Assembly: GCF_006345805.1 (NCBI RefSeq)
Contig: NC_043021.1
Location: forward strand, 15,686,001-15,750,000
Direction: 5' to 3'
DNA: 64,000 nt
DNA from: Octopus sinensis
Taxonomy: Eukaryota
The stretch's first letter is position 1. Each line of letters begins with the position of its first letter. Below the pieces are notes generated by a model. The model saw nothing but the letters and a program-made list of their open reading frames with translations, had not been told where the DNA came from and did no database searches. Shown piece by piece: positions 14,686 to 26,965 of this stretch. A program made the translations under genes and the position numbers.

Positions 14686-14788
14686 AAGCTTGTATAGAAT
14701 ACCATGTATTATCAGGCAGTCATTCAGATTAGTTGCATCTCAAGCTCGAATGATTGCCTGATGGTATACAACATGCTGTACAAAACTT
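14686..14788. ncRNA. Pre-miRNA-like long hairpin
   Basis: 14711-14725 pairs with 14748-14762 (15 bp, one G-U). Extends to about 21 bp, with a basal stem 14690-14697/14776-14783 and a 22-nt loop. Unique, non-microsatellite sequence. Confidence 0.4.
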
Positions 14789-14859
14789 GTCCAACTATTG
14801 ACCTATTAGAAACATGAAACTTAAAGTAGCTTGCGTTTAAATTCTGTGTATATTAAATG

Positions 14860-14895
<36 letters not shown>

Positions 14896-15012
14896 TTTAT
14901 ATATCTATATACTGTGTATTCCTCAACCATCATCTCTTGTCAACCTTTACCTGTAAGCCTTATCCATGTTAAACACTGCTTTTTTCCCGCTTCGCCTTGT
15001 TATATTTTGCAG

Positions 15013-15045
15013 ATTGCACGTTTTTTTCGTTTGAAGACACAAGGA
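15013..15045 (+). CDS. Candidate 33-nt in-frame microexon (IARFFRLKTQG)
   Basis: Pyrimidine-rich acceptor ending tattttgcag, perfect donor GTAAGT at 15046, length 33 nt, no stop in phase 0. No transcript evidence. Confidence 0.4.
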
Positions 15046-15315
15046 GTAAGTACTCTCTTATTCCTTCTACTCTCTCTCTCTCTCTCTCTTTCGTTCTCCT
15101 TTTCTGTCTATTTATCTCTGTGCTATATAAACTGCCTGCCTTTCTAGCTGAGCATCTAACAAGTCTGGTACACCAGGAAGGAGGGGAAACATCAGGGGCT
15201 GCTTTTTTTTTTTTTAATTGAAGCACAAAAAGTTTCTAGGGAACATGTTGTGTGTGTGGTGGAGTTGAAATACATTGTTTTTAAGGCTGTGATGATACAA
15301 GAGAGGCAACAAACA

Positions 15316-15402
15316 AGGGGATTGTATGTTGGACTCAAGATTATAAGGGAGTTGTATCTTGGACTCAAGATTATAAGGGAGTTGTATGTTGAACTCAAGA
15401 TT
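15316..15402. repeat. 30-bp tandem repeat, about 2.9 copies
   Basis: g(g/a)actcaaga at 15331, 15361 and 15391. Confidence 0.9.
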
Positions 15403-15659
15403 GTTTCTTTTTTTTTTATTTTTGTGATTGGGAGGGTGGGGGTTCAGTTTTTTTTTTATATTAAATTTTTAGTTCTATTACCCACCCACCCTGCACCTGT
15501 CCTGCAGTATGAGATGTTGTTACTCTGCAACTATTCCTCATACCACCCCTCTCATCCCCTCCACCTGTCCCCACACTGTATTTTATCTTAAGGGCCAGAT
15601 TCTTGTATAGGTTCTAAACACTGCCAAGGTCAACTGTGCCTTGTAACCTTTTGGGGTCA

Positions 15660-15926
15660 ATAAAATAATATACCAGTCAGGTACTGGGGTTGATGTAATA
15701 AGCTCACTTCTCTTACGAAACTCTTGATTTTGTGCAGAAATTTAAAACCATTATTTTTTTCCAGTTCTTTATATTCTGGGTTCAAATTCTGCCATGGTTG
15801 ACTTTGCCTTTCATCTTTTCTGAGTCAAATAAAAGTTGATTACATTGACCCCAGTTGAGTACTGGGGTCAATGTAATCAACTTACCCCTCCCCCCAAATT
15901 GCTGCCCTTGTGGCAAAATTTGAAAC

Positions 15927-15968
<42 letters not shown>

Positions 15969-16375
15969 GGCAGCAAGCTGGCAGAATTGTTACTGTCTTG
16001 ACATTCTGAGTTCAAATGCTGCTAAGGTTTGACTTTGCCTTTCATCCTGTCAGGGTCGATAAATTAAGCATCAGTGATGTACTGGGGTCGATCTGATCGA
16101 CTATCTCCCTTCCCTCGAATTCCAGGCCTTGTGCCTATAGTAGAAAGGATTATTATTATTATTATTATTACTAAGGCGATGAGCTGGCAGAACCATTAGC
16201 ATGCAGGACGAAACACTTAGCAATATTTCGCCAGTTGCTGTGTTCTGAGTTCAAATTCCGCCGAGGTTAACTTTGCCTTTCGTCCTTTTGGGATCGATAA
16301 ATTAAGTACCAGTGAAACACTGGGGTTGCTGTAATCGACTAGGCCTTGTTTTTATAGTAAAAAAGATTATTATTA
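15660..16375 (+). mobile_element. Cluster of second-family SINE copies with (ATT)n tails
   Basis: Repeated gagttcaaat...gactttgcctttcatc...ctggggt units separated by (TTA)n. Confidence 0.75.
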
Positions 16376-18225
16376 TTATTATTATCATTATTATCATTAT
16401 TATTATTATTACTACTACTACTACTTTAGTAGTTGAGGGTGATAATCCATATATATTCTTAATCATTTGTGTTTAACCCATTTTAACTAGCTTTTAGTGT
16501 TCAGCTGGTTTAATATATTTCATTTCTTTCAATGATTGATCAAATTCAATTATTCCAAATACAAACTAATGAGATTAATTAACGAATTATTTTTTAATAT
16601 TATTTCGTTTCTTTAAATTACATTTACATTTAATTTTCTAATTGATTAACTTTATTATGTAAGTGTGTGTGTGTCTTTAACAAATTAGTGATCAAACAGA
16701 TTGTATTGTCTTTGTCTTAATATTTGTTGTCATGGTGATATCTATGTGATTTAATCTGCTAATTTAGTGTCTGTACTTCATAAATATAACCATCTATGTT
16801 TTGTGGACTCCTGATTTCTATTGTATTGGTTCAGGTTTCACTTTCCAATGTACGGTGGATCACACTTCACTTGCTATTTCTTTTTCATATTGTGTTTTCA
16901 TTCTCCCCACCATGTGTGACTCGGCAGCTGCTTAGCCCTTTCATTATTATATCTCTGTTGAAATACACCGTTTGTTTTGGTTAATTGTGAAAATAATGGA
17001 TTTGGTAAAATAATTTTGTTATTAATCTGGAGGAATTTTTCTTTTTCCAAGTGCCTGGCCTAGTGGATAAGGTGTAGCACTGACAATCACAAGATCGCGG
17101 TTTCAGTTCCCAGGCCAGGGAGTGCATTGTTTCCGTGAGCAAAACAACACTTCATTCACTTCAGTCCACTCGGCTGTAAATGAGTTACCCTGCGATGGAC
17201 TGGCATTCTACCCAGGGGCAAATGTTGTGATCTTGGTCGCTTCTATGCCATGGAAACCATTTGAGTCTTTAGAGTTGAGACTGTAATGTCCAAAGTTGAT
17301 GATGATGATGATGATGATTTTGAATCTGGTGTTTGAAACATAAATTAACATAATTAATTAATTAACTTGAAATTTTGATAGTAGGTTTAAATTGAGATCT
17401 CACAAAAATAGAAAGTTTTATATCTTAGAACCGGGAAAAATTTCAGGCGTTTTGGTATCAAAAGAGTTAACCATTTCATTACCAAAGTTCCGTTGAAATA
17501 CACTAATTTTGTTTTAATTAATTTTGAAAATGACAAAGAATTTAGTAAAATAACTTTGTCCTTATTAAGTGGGTGTATGGAACATAAATGAACATGGAAT
17601 TTTTTAATTGAAGGCTTTAATTTAAATTACTTTAAAACGGAGTTTGTATCATGGAACCAGGGAAAGTTTCCGGCAATTTGGTTCTGAGTGAGTTAACCAT
17701 TTCCTTACCATATTTTTCTTGAAATACACTCCGTCTGTTTCAATTAATTTTTAAAATAAGAACTTATTAAAATAACTTAGTCGTTATTTAACCAGTGTTT
17801 AGAATATAAATTAACAGGAAATTTTGATGAAAGATTTTAATTTAGATCTATTTAAAGTGGTGAATATGTATCTAGAGAACTGGGGGTGGCATGATGTGGG
17901 TTGCTATCAAAAGGGTTAAACCACTTCACAGCTATATTCTCTAATTATACATATTATGTACGTTTTTCAATTAATTTTCAAAATATATAAGAATTTGGAA
18001 AGATTTAATTAAAGTAACTAACTTTTCCAATTGAGATGGTGCTTGGAATGTCTGTGTGGTAAAAAAAATTTGCTTCTGAACCACATGGTTTCTGGTTCAG
18101 TCCATTTTGTAATATGTTGGGACCTTCAGCGTCTGCTGTTATAACCCACAGGCTGACCAAAACCTTTTGAGTGAATTCAATAGACAGAAAATAAAAGAAG
18201 CTCATTATATGTATATATATATATA

Positions 18226-18364
18226 TAGGCATAGGAGTGGCTGTGTGGTAAGTAGCTTGCTTACCAACCACATGGTTCCAGGTTCAGACCCACTGCGTGG
18301 CATCTTGGGCAAGTGTCTTCTACTATAGCCTCGGGCCAACCAAAGCCTTGTGAGTGGATTTGCT

Positions 18365-18395
<31 letters not shown>

Positions 18396-18438
18396 CATAC
18401 ATATATATACATATATATATATATATATTTATATGTAT

Positions 18439-18469
<31 letters not shown>

Positions 18470-18515
18470 TATATACATATATGTGTATATATATATACAT
18501 ATGTGTGTGTGTGTG

Positions 18516-18573
<58 letters not shown>

Positions 18574-18820
18574 CATACATATATATATATGTATATATTT
18601 ATATTTGTGTGTATCTGTGTTTGTACCCCCACCATCACTTGACAACCAATGCTGGTGTGTTTATGTCCCCTGTAACTTTGTGGCTCGGCAAAAGTGACCG
18701 ATAGAATAAGTACTAGGCTTACAAAGAATAAGTTCTGGCTTTGATTTCTTCGACTAAAGGCAGTGCTCCAGCATGGCCGCAGTCAAGTGACTGAAACAAA
18801 TAAAATAGAATAAAAGAATA
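18226..18820 (+). mobile_element. tRNA-derived CORE-type SINE (Octopus OR-like), full length with expanded internal (TA)n
   Basis: A-box-like head ggagtggctgtgtggtaag, B-box ggttcagaccc, CORE-like cttgggcaagtg, tail ...gactgaaacaaataaaa. Many copies in this window. Confidence 0.85.
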
Positions 18821-18821
18821 T

Positions 18822-19090
18822 ACTCTTTTACTCGTTTCAGCCATTTATCTGTGGCCATGCTGGAGCACCGCCTTTAGTCGAGCAAATCAACCCCAGGACT
18901 TATTCTTTGTAAGCCTAGTACTTATTCTATCAGTTGCTTTTGCCGAACCACTAAGTTATGGGGGGCGTAAACACACCAGCATCGGTTGTCAAGTGATGTT
19001 AGGAGGACAAACACAGACACGCAAATGTATACACACATATATATATACAATGGGCTTCTTTCAGTTTCTGTCTACCAAATCCACTCACAA
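18822..19090 (-). mobile_element. Same SINE family, 5'-truncated, tail-to-tail with the previous copy
   Basis: Reverse complement of the SINE 3' two-thirds. Confidence 0.8.
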
Positions 19091-19544
19091 GGATTAAGAT
19101 GGATTAACCAGATAATCTAGATAATAAAGTAATAAAGAGCCTACGTAGTTTTATTATCTTCCTATTCTGATTAATCCGTCTAGTTTATTAATGTGAGTCT
19201 TGTGATTATTGGTGTATCGCTGTTGATGATGGTGATGGTCATGGCTGGCTCTCATAGTGCTATGCTGTTTCCCCATTATCTCATTGTGGTGTCTATTGGA
19301 AAATGTAACAGACATTGTGAGAGGCTGTCTTTGTCACATGACAGCTTTGTGTGTGGTTCCATGGCAACAGAACTATGGAACTGTGCTGTTTTTCCCATTA
19401 AACAGGATTCCTTGTTGTTGATGTATATATGTATGTGTATGTATTGGTGGGTAGATATATTCTTTTTCTTTTACTGGTTTCAATTAATGGACAGCGGCCA
19501 TACTGAAGCACCACCTTATTTTATTGTTTTACTGACTACCATTT

Positions 19545-19920
19545 TTTACTCTTTTATATATATATACATATATCTATATATATGTATATATATATACATA
19601 TATCTATGTATGTATATATGTACATATATACATATATCTATGTATGTATATATGTATATATATACATATATCTATATATGTATATATATATGTACCTATA
19701 TCTATGTATGTATATATGTATATATATACATATATCTATATATGTATATATATATGTACCTATATCTATGTATGTATATATATGTACATATATCTATGTA
19801 TGTATATATATGTACATATATCTATGTATGTATATATATGTACATATATCTATGTATGTATATATATACATATACCTATGTATATATATACATATATCTA
19901 TGTATGTATATATGTATATG

Positions 19921-19969
<49 letters not shown>

Positions 19970-20060
19970 ATACCTACATACATACATATGTGTGTGTGTG
20001 TGTGTAAATGCATATGTATGTATCTCTGTGTGTATATAGATGTGTGTGTCAGTGTCTGTG
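19545..20060. repeat. (TA/TG)n microsatellite with a higher-order unit of about 28 bp (tatatctatgtatgtatatatgtaca)
   Basis: Directly visible. Confidence 0.93.
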
Positions 20061-20456
20061 TGTACATTCATAAAACCACAACAGTGACGGTGGCAACAGG
20101 AAGTGTAATCCCTGTTTGCTGGATTAGTCGATATATTGATCCCTGTTCCCCCAATACTTGACCTGTCTGTGCTGTTTGTGTTGACAAAGAAGCGAAAGTA
20201 GAAAGTCCTGCAGTCGGCAGCTGAGAAGGAATATTAATCTCTTATGCACAGGATCAGACATGGCTGTGCGGTTAAGAAGCTCACTTTGCAACCACAAGGT
20301 CTCAGGTTCAGGTTCCAGTCCCACTGCATGACACCTTGGGCAGGTGTCTTCTACTGTAGCCGCTGAGCAACCAATGCCTTGTTAGTGATTTTCGTAGACA
20401 GAAACTGCATGGAAGCCCATCGTGTGTGTGGCAGGGGGAGAGTTAATTATATGGCT

Positions 20457-20533
20457 GGTCATAGAGTAACCAATGCTTTCACATCCATAAATTACTTCTT
20501 AGACTTATAGAGGCTCATCAGACTCCAATGGCC
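20457..20533 (-). ncRNA. Type I hammerhead ribozyme-like element (copy 2, degenerate helix III)
   Basis: Minus strand reads GGCCAUUGGAGU-CUGAUGA-GCCUCUAUAAG(loop)UUUAUGGAUGU-GAAA-GCAUUGGU-U-ACUCUAUGACC. Helix I is about 10 bp and stem II about 10 bp. Homologous to copy 1. Confidence 0.55.
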
Positions 20534-20547
20534 TTCTTACAGACAGC

Positions 20548-20790
20548 TTCATCATCATCATTGTTCGACCGTGGTCAAGACAATGGAATTTACCATGCTA
20601 TGCCAGACTTCACGGTCCATCATGGCATTACGGAGGTCCTGTATCCCTGGAGATTACATCAGGGTAGGAGAGTGTGCGCCCTCTGGTATTGCGAGTAGAT
20701 GGCTTCCAGAGGAGAAGAGTAGAAATTACCTCTTTTACAGCTCTACAACAATGTCCAGCAAACTTACCCTTCACAAGAGATGACACAGGT
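20548..20790 (-). mobile_element. Probable RTE-like LINE 3' fragment with (GAT)n tail
   Basis: On the minus strand ends ...gaccacggtcgaacaatgatgatgatga. Coding remnant is weak. Confidence 0.45.
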
Positions 20791-20855
20791 GGCCCATCTA
20801 CATGACTTGTCAGGCTCCAAAAGTATTATTATAGTTATGATAAATGCAAAGTGAA

Positions 20856-21084
20856 TGCAAGGTAAATCACAAGAAAATAGATATGTGAATTAATGTAGAC
20901 TTACTTTGTATTCAATATTTCGGGGTTATGACCCCCTTTTCAAGAAATTGACGAATGATACCAATGTGCAACATTTGGCAACATTCATCAGTTTCTTGAA
21001 AATGGGGTCATAACCCCTAAAATATTGAATACACGGTAAGACTACATTAATTCACATATTTGTTTTCTTGTGATTTACTTTGTA
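20856..21084. mobile_element. Fold-back MITE, arms about 100 bp
   Basis: 20856-20957 versus 20982-21084, 24-nt spacer. Confidence 0.85.
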
Positions 21085-21173
21085 CTTTCTTCACATTGTT
21101 TTGGCCTTACCCATGATCTTTTATATAATATATTCTACACAATGCTTCATAGTAATTATTCCATTATAATATA

Positions 21174-21204
<31 letters not shown>

Positions 21205-22020
21205 ATATATTATATATATATATGCAGCACGGAATTTTGTCAATGAACAGGTCGCTGTCTCAAAGTGACGAAAAGTGAATCTAACAGTGTTTGTGTGTTT
21301 TTAAATGGCTTATAAACACCTTTCACACTGCAATTGTTTTTGTTTCAGCACGTGATTTCAGATCAGGTCACTTGCTATGCAAGTACATCTCTGTTATATA
21401 TATATATATATATATATATTTGTTCGACAAAACTTTCAAAGTGTTACCCCAGCATGGCCGCAGTTTAATGACTAAAACAAGTAAAAGATAAAAGATACAC
21501 ACTAACACACGTCTTTTGTATTATATGTGTGTGTGTGTGTGTGTCACTTGGCTGACCGGGAGCTATTTTCCTGCTCTGGACAAAGGCTGTTGTTTGTCCG
21601 AGTGAAAGGTGTCCAGCTGATTATCTCCCTTTGCAGTGTTACCTCATGCAGACATTAATGAATTCGTTAGCATCACAAAGACATTGTCATTCCTTATTCA
21701 TAATGCACCAACACTGCATCTGTCCCGTGTGTGTGTGTTTTAGAGAAGCGAAGGAAAAGGACATGGTGGTGGTGGTGGTGGTGCTGCTTTATTGAGGAAG
21801 GAAGGAGGAAGTGGAATAACAAGTGAATAAAATAGCGGAGGAGGGAAAATGTGTGTATTTGTGTTGTTTGTGTTTTTCCGTGTTTGACTGCCATCTCAGA
21901 GACCAGCAAATACTGTTTCAGATATATTTCCTGTCTTTATTTCTGTCAGCACTAACCATCAATAGCCTACCACCTCTTGTGACTGGTAAACTATCTATGT
22001 CTGTCGTGTGTGTGTATATG

Positions 22021-22068
<48 letters not shown>

Positions 22069-22072
<4 letters not shown>

Positions 22073-22520
22073 GAGGAATTCGCAAAAAAAAACAAAAGAC
22101 GAAGACAGGTGGTGTAGACAAGAAACAGATGTATTAGTAATAATGCTCGGGAAGTGAAGAAGTCTTTAACGTTTCGAGCCTACGCTCTTCCACAAAAAGG
22201 AACACAGAAAGAAACAAGGAGAGAAAATAAAGAATGTGTAGTGGACTAGCGATCTATCATGATACACACACACACAAGATCTTTAATGAAGACATATGTA
22301 GCTTAATTGTAGATTGACAAGTTAAATTCGTGTATGTATGTATGTGTGTGTATATATATAGGAGGAGAATTCACAAAAAAACAAGAGACGAAGACAGGTG
22401 GTGTAGACAACACACAGATGTTGTATAATGCTCGGGAAGTGAAAAAGTCTTTAACGTTTCGAGTCTATGCTCTTCCACAGAAACAAGGAAAGAAAATAAA
22501 GAATATGCAGTGGCTAGCCA
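22069..22520. mobile_element. Two nearby copies of a probable Penelope-like terminal fragment
   Basis: About 180-bp direct repeats (22069-22250, 22360-22520) containing acgtttcgagcctacgctcttc. Confidence 0.45.
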
Positions 22521-23164
22521 TAGCAGGAAGGCAGATGTTAAATGATAGTGATGTGTGTATGTGTAGCTAATGAAGTTCTTAAGATAACTGTTTATTTCTT
22601 TGCCATCTCATTTTCTTGTGCGTGTATATACACACACAAACACACATATATATGTATAAATCAGATTCAGAAGTAAGAGGTTAAAAACATTCCATAAATA
22701 TATAGCTGTTTCATAATATGTATTCAGTTACATCATTGACACTAAAGCACACTGCACACATAACTGTATGCATACATATGAGTATATATAGTTGTATGAT
22801 AATACAATGAGTAGACTTCTTCAGAAAATTTTATGGGCATTGAATATTTAACTCCCTGAAACTAAGTGCGTGTGTGTGTGTGTATGTGTGTGTATGATGA
22901 TGATGGCTGTCCATTTGTGGCTGACGAAGATGATCACTGACCATTAAAAACATAATGCCCTCAGACAAATTTATACTTTAGGCCTGTAGTTCCACTGGTG
23001 ACTAACGAGCCCAGACTTTGATAAACATACGTGTTTGCAGGTTTTGCAAATGAAGATTCCCCAATTCATTTTCACTGCAATGCGTTTTCAAGCAGCTCAT
23101 TTAAAATATATACATATATCTATGTGTGTGTGTGTATATATATATATATATGTATGTATATATA

Positions 23165-23195
<31 letters not shown>

Positions 23196-23204
23196 TTATG
23201 TGGA

Positions 23205-23235
<31 letters not shown>

Positions 23236-24929
23236 TATATCTATGTATGTGTATATGTATGTATATATATATGTGTGTGTGTGTATATATATATTTATGT
23301 GGATGTATATGTGTGTATATATATACACACATGTGTGTCTGTGTGTAAATGCATATGTATGTATCTCTTCATCAAAAATACGTTTTTGTGTTTTTTATAT
23401 ATTGTGCCATCAAAGCCACTCACCTGGTGGCGTGCAGGTACACAGTTCCTGCTGGATCATATTTATTTAATTAACATTTATAATAATAGTATGATTTGGA
23501 AAACTCAGCACAGAAACAATTGTTGTGATTCGTGATTAAAGCTTGTTCATTCCATCTTATTTTATAAATTTTTAGCCAATAGGAAAGTGGATGTTAAAAT
23601 GATGATGATATTGTATGTATGTGTGTGTGTGGAGGCGCAATGGCCCAGTGGTTAGGGCAGCAGACTCGCGGTCAGGTTTCGATTCCCAGACTGGGCGTGT
23701 TTATTGAGTGAAAACGCCTAAAGGTCCACGAGGCTCCAGCAGGGGGTGGTGGCAACCCCTGTTGTACTCTTTTGCCCCAACTTTCTCTCACCCTCTCTTC
23801 CTGTTTCTTGGGTAATGCTGCAATGGAGTGGCACCCCGTCCAGCTGGGGGGAACACATACGCCATGGAAACCGGGCCCATGAGATAGATATATACATACA
23901 CACACTCACACTATCATCACCATTTTAACATCTCCTTTTCTATTGGCTGGATGAAGTTTGTTGATGCAGATTCCCAAAGCAATTATTTCCTCATGGCCAC
24001 ATGGCCATACATGTCTTTGCAGAATATTTGAAATTAATGGAATTCATTTGCAATGATCACACAATGTCATAACAATTAAGCACAAACACACACACACTTC
24101 CACACACTCACACACACACAAATAATTACGTATACCATCATCATCATCATCATGCATCCATTTTCCATGCTGGCGTGGGTTGACCAGTTTGACAGGAACT
24201 GGCTGGCTGGCTGGAGAGCTGCGCCAGACGATTTTGGCAAGTTTTCTATGGCTTGTTGCCCTTCCTAATTCCAACCGCTTTACAGAATGTACTGAGTGCT
24301 TTTTTATGCGGCACCAGCATAAGAACAGTGGTGATGAATTGTCAGAATGACCCCAACACCCACCCACCCATCCTCTCCCCAAGATACAGGTTGGTAAAGT
24401 GTAGAAGTGAGGTGGTGGGGCCCCGGGTGATATGCTTCCTGTAGAAATTGTGTAGTCTTCACAATTTCACACAATCCAACCAGGGACATTGTGATTACAA
24501 AACAAACTGCCTTACCATTCAATCATAATTACTCCCTCTACTGTTTATGTCTCTCTCTCTCTCTCTCTCCCTCTCTTTCTCTCTCTCTCAGACACACACA
24601 GAGGCACATTTGTTTATCTTGGCAAAGGTGTGATGTATTATCCATGGCTTAGATCTGTCAGGACATGACAAGTGAAATAATTCCTCTGTGTACAGTACAC
24701 TGGTGTAGTTTCAAAACAATCACTGTAGGCTCTGGGTCTTGGGATCATTGGTTGTTTTAGGTATGTGTGAGAACATACGCACACACACACACACATACGT
24801 TTGTGTGTGTGTATATAGTCACAGAAATTTGTGTGTGTGTAATTGTTTTCGATCCCTTGATTCCAGGAAATTCATTCACAGGCAACTGGGTTGGGTAGGG
24901 TAGTGCCATGAATGCGTGTATATATTCAT

Positions 24930-25072
24930 ATGTGTATGTGTGTGTGTGCAAATATATATATATATATATGTATGCATATGTATGTGTACATTATATAGCT
25001 GTTTGTGTGTGTACATTATATATATCTGTATGTGTATGTGAACATTATATATCTGTGTGTTTGTGTGTGTAC

Positions 25073-25114
<42 letters not shown>

Positions 25115-25172
25115 TATGTATGTGTACATTATATATATATGTGTGTTTGTGTATGTACATACATATATATAT

Positions 25173-25227
<55 letters not shown>

Positions 25228-25275
25228 TATGTATGTGTACATTATATATATATGTGTGTTTGTGTATGTACATAC

Positions 25276-25327
<52 letters not shown>

Positions 25328-25500
25328 GCATATGTATGTGTACATTATATATGTATGTATGTATATATATATATATATCTGTATGTGTACATTATATATC
25401 TGTGTGTTTGTGTGTGTACATATGTATATATATATCTGAATGTGTATGCATGTGTACATTGTATATCTGTGTTTGCATGTGTGTGTGTGTGTGTGTGTGC
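24930..25500. repeat. (TA/TG)n microsatellite with a higher-order unit (tgcatatgtatgtgtacattatat...)
   Basis: Directly visible. Confidence 0.9.
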
Positions 25501-25674
25501 AGGTACGTGCACAAATGCAATGCTGTGGTTTTAGATTCTGCTTAATACCAAGCCAAACAGTGTTTACCCTGGGATCAGCTGATCAGTCCTTGAAATTCAT
25601 TTTGTACAAAACTATGTATTATCATCCTTAATACTGTTTCATTTGTCAACATGTCTGTGTGTGTGTGTGTATGT

Positions 25675-26230
25675 GTATTCTTTTATTTGTTTCAGTCATT
25701 TGACTGCGGCCACGCTGGAGCACCGCCTTTAGTCGAACAAGTCGACCCCAGGACATATTCTTTGTAAGACTAGTACTTATTTATTTACTACCCACAAGGG
25801 GCTAAACACAGAGGGGACAAACGGATTAAGTCGATTATATCGACCCCAGTGCGTGACTGGTACTTATTTAATCGACCCCGAGAGGATGAAAGGCAAAGTC
25901 GACCTCGGCGGAATTTGAACTCGTACTTATTCTATTTGAACTAGTACTTATTCTATTGGTCTCTTTTGCCAAACTGCTAAGTTACGGGGACGTAAACACA
26001 CCAACATTGGTTGCTTAGCGATGGTGGGGCAACAGACACAGACACACTCACAAATATATATATACACGGCAGGCTTCCTTCAATTTCCATCAACCAAATC
26101 CACTCACAAGGCTTCGGTCGGCCCTGGGCTATAGCAGAAGACACTTGCCCGAGGTACCACACAGTGGGACTGAACCTGGAACCATGTGGTTGGGAAGCAA
26201 GCTTCTTACTACACAGACACTCCTGCACCT
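25675..26230 (-). mobile_element. CORE-type SINE containing a nested fragment of a second SINE family (about 25782-25922)
   Basis: Host SINE is interrupted by the cccacaaggggctaaac...ggaatttgaactc segment, flanked by duplicated gtacttatt. Confidence 0.8.
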
Positions 26231-26439
26231 ATATATAAATATATATCTTTCTGTATTTACATGCATGTTTGTATGTATATATATATACATGTGTATGTAT
26301 ATGTCTGATAGAGATGTATCCATTTGTTCATGTCTATGTGTAAATTTGTATACTTGTGTGTGTGTATGTGTGTGTTTATGTTTGCATCTTGTTGTCTATG
26401 CCCGTGTGTCCGACTGTCTGAGAGCATATGGTATTTAAT

Positions 26440-26465
26440 TTTTATTATCATTATTATTATTATTA

Positions 26466-26512
<47 letters not shown>

Positions 26513-26808
26513 TATTATTATCATTATTATTATTATCATCATTATTTTTATTATTATTATTATCATTATTATTATTATCATTATCATTATTATTATTATC
26601 ATTATTATTATTATTATTATTTTGTTATTTTTATTTTTATTTATATTATTATTATTTTTATTTTTATTTATATTATTATTATTTTTCTTTTTATTTATTA
26701 TTATTATTATATCATTGTTTTTATTTTTATTTTTTTCATTTATTATTATCATTATTATTATTAGTATCATTATTATTATTATCATTATTTTTATTATCAT
26801 TATTTTTA

Positions 26809-26854
<46 letters not shown>

Positions 26855-26965
26855 CATTATTATTATCATTATTATTATTATCATTATTATTATCATTATT
26901 ATTATTATTATTATTTATTATTATTATTATTATTATTATCACCATCATTATTATTATTATTGTTA
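26440..26965. repeat. About 520-bp (TAT)n trinucleotide tract
   Basis: Directly visible. Confidence 0.97.

Noticed and set aside
21950-21985. 36-nt exon-like segment
   Set aside because: Has a TAA stop in phase 0, the phase of the surrounding numb intron, and a weak donor.
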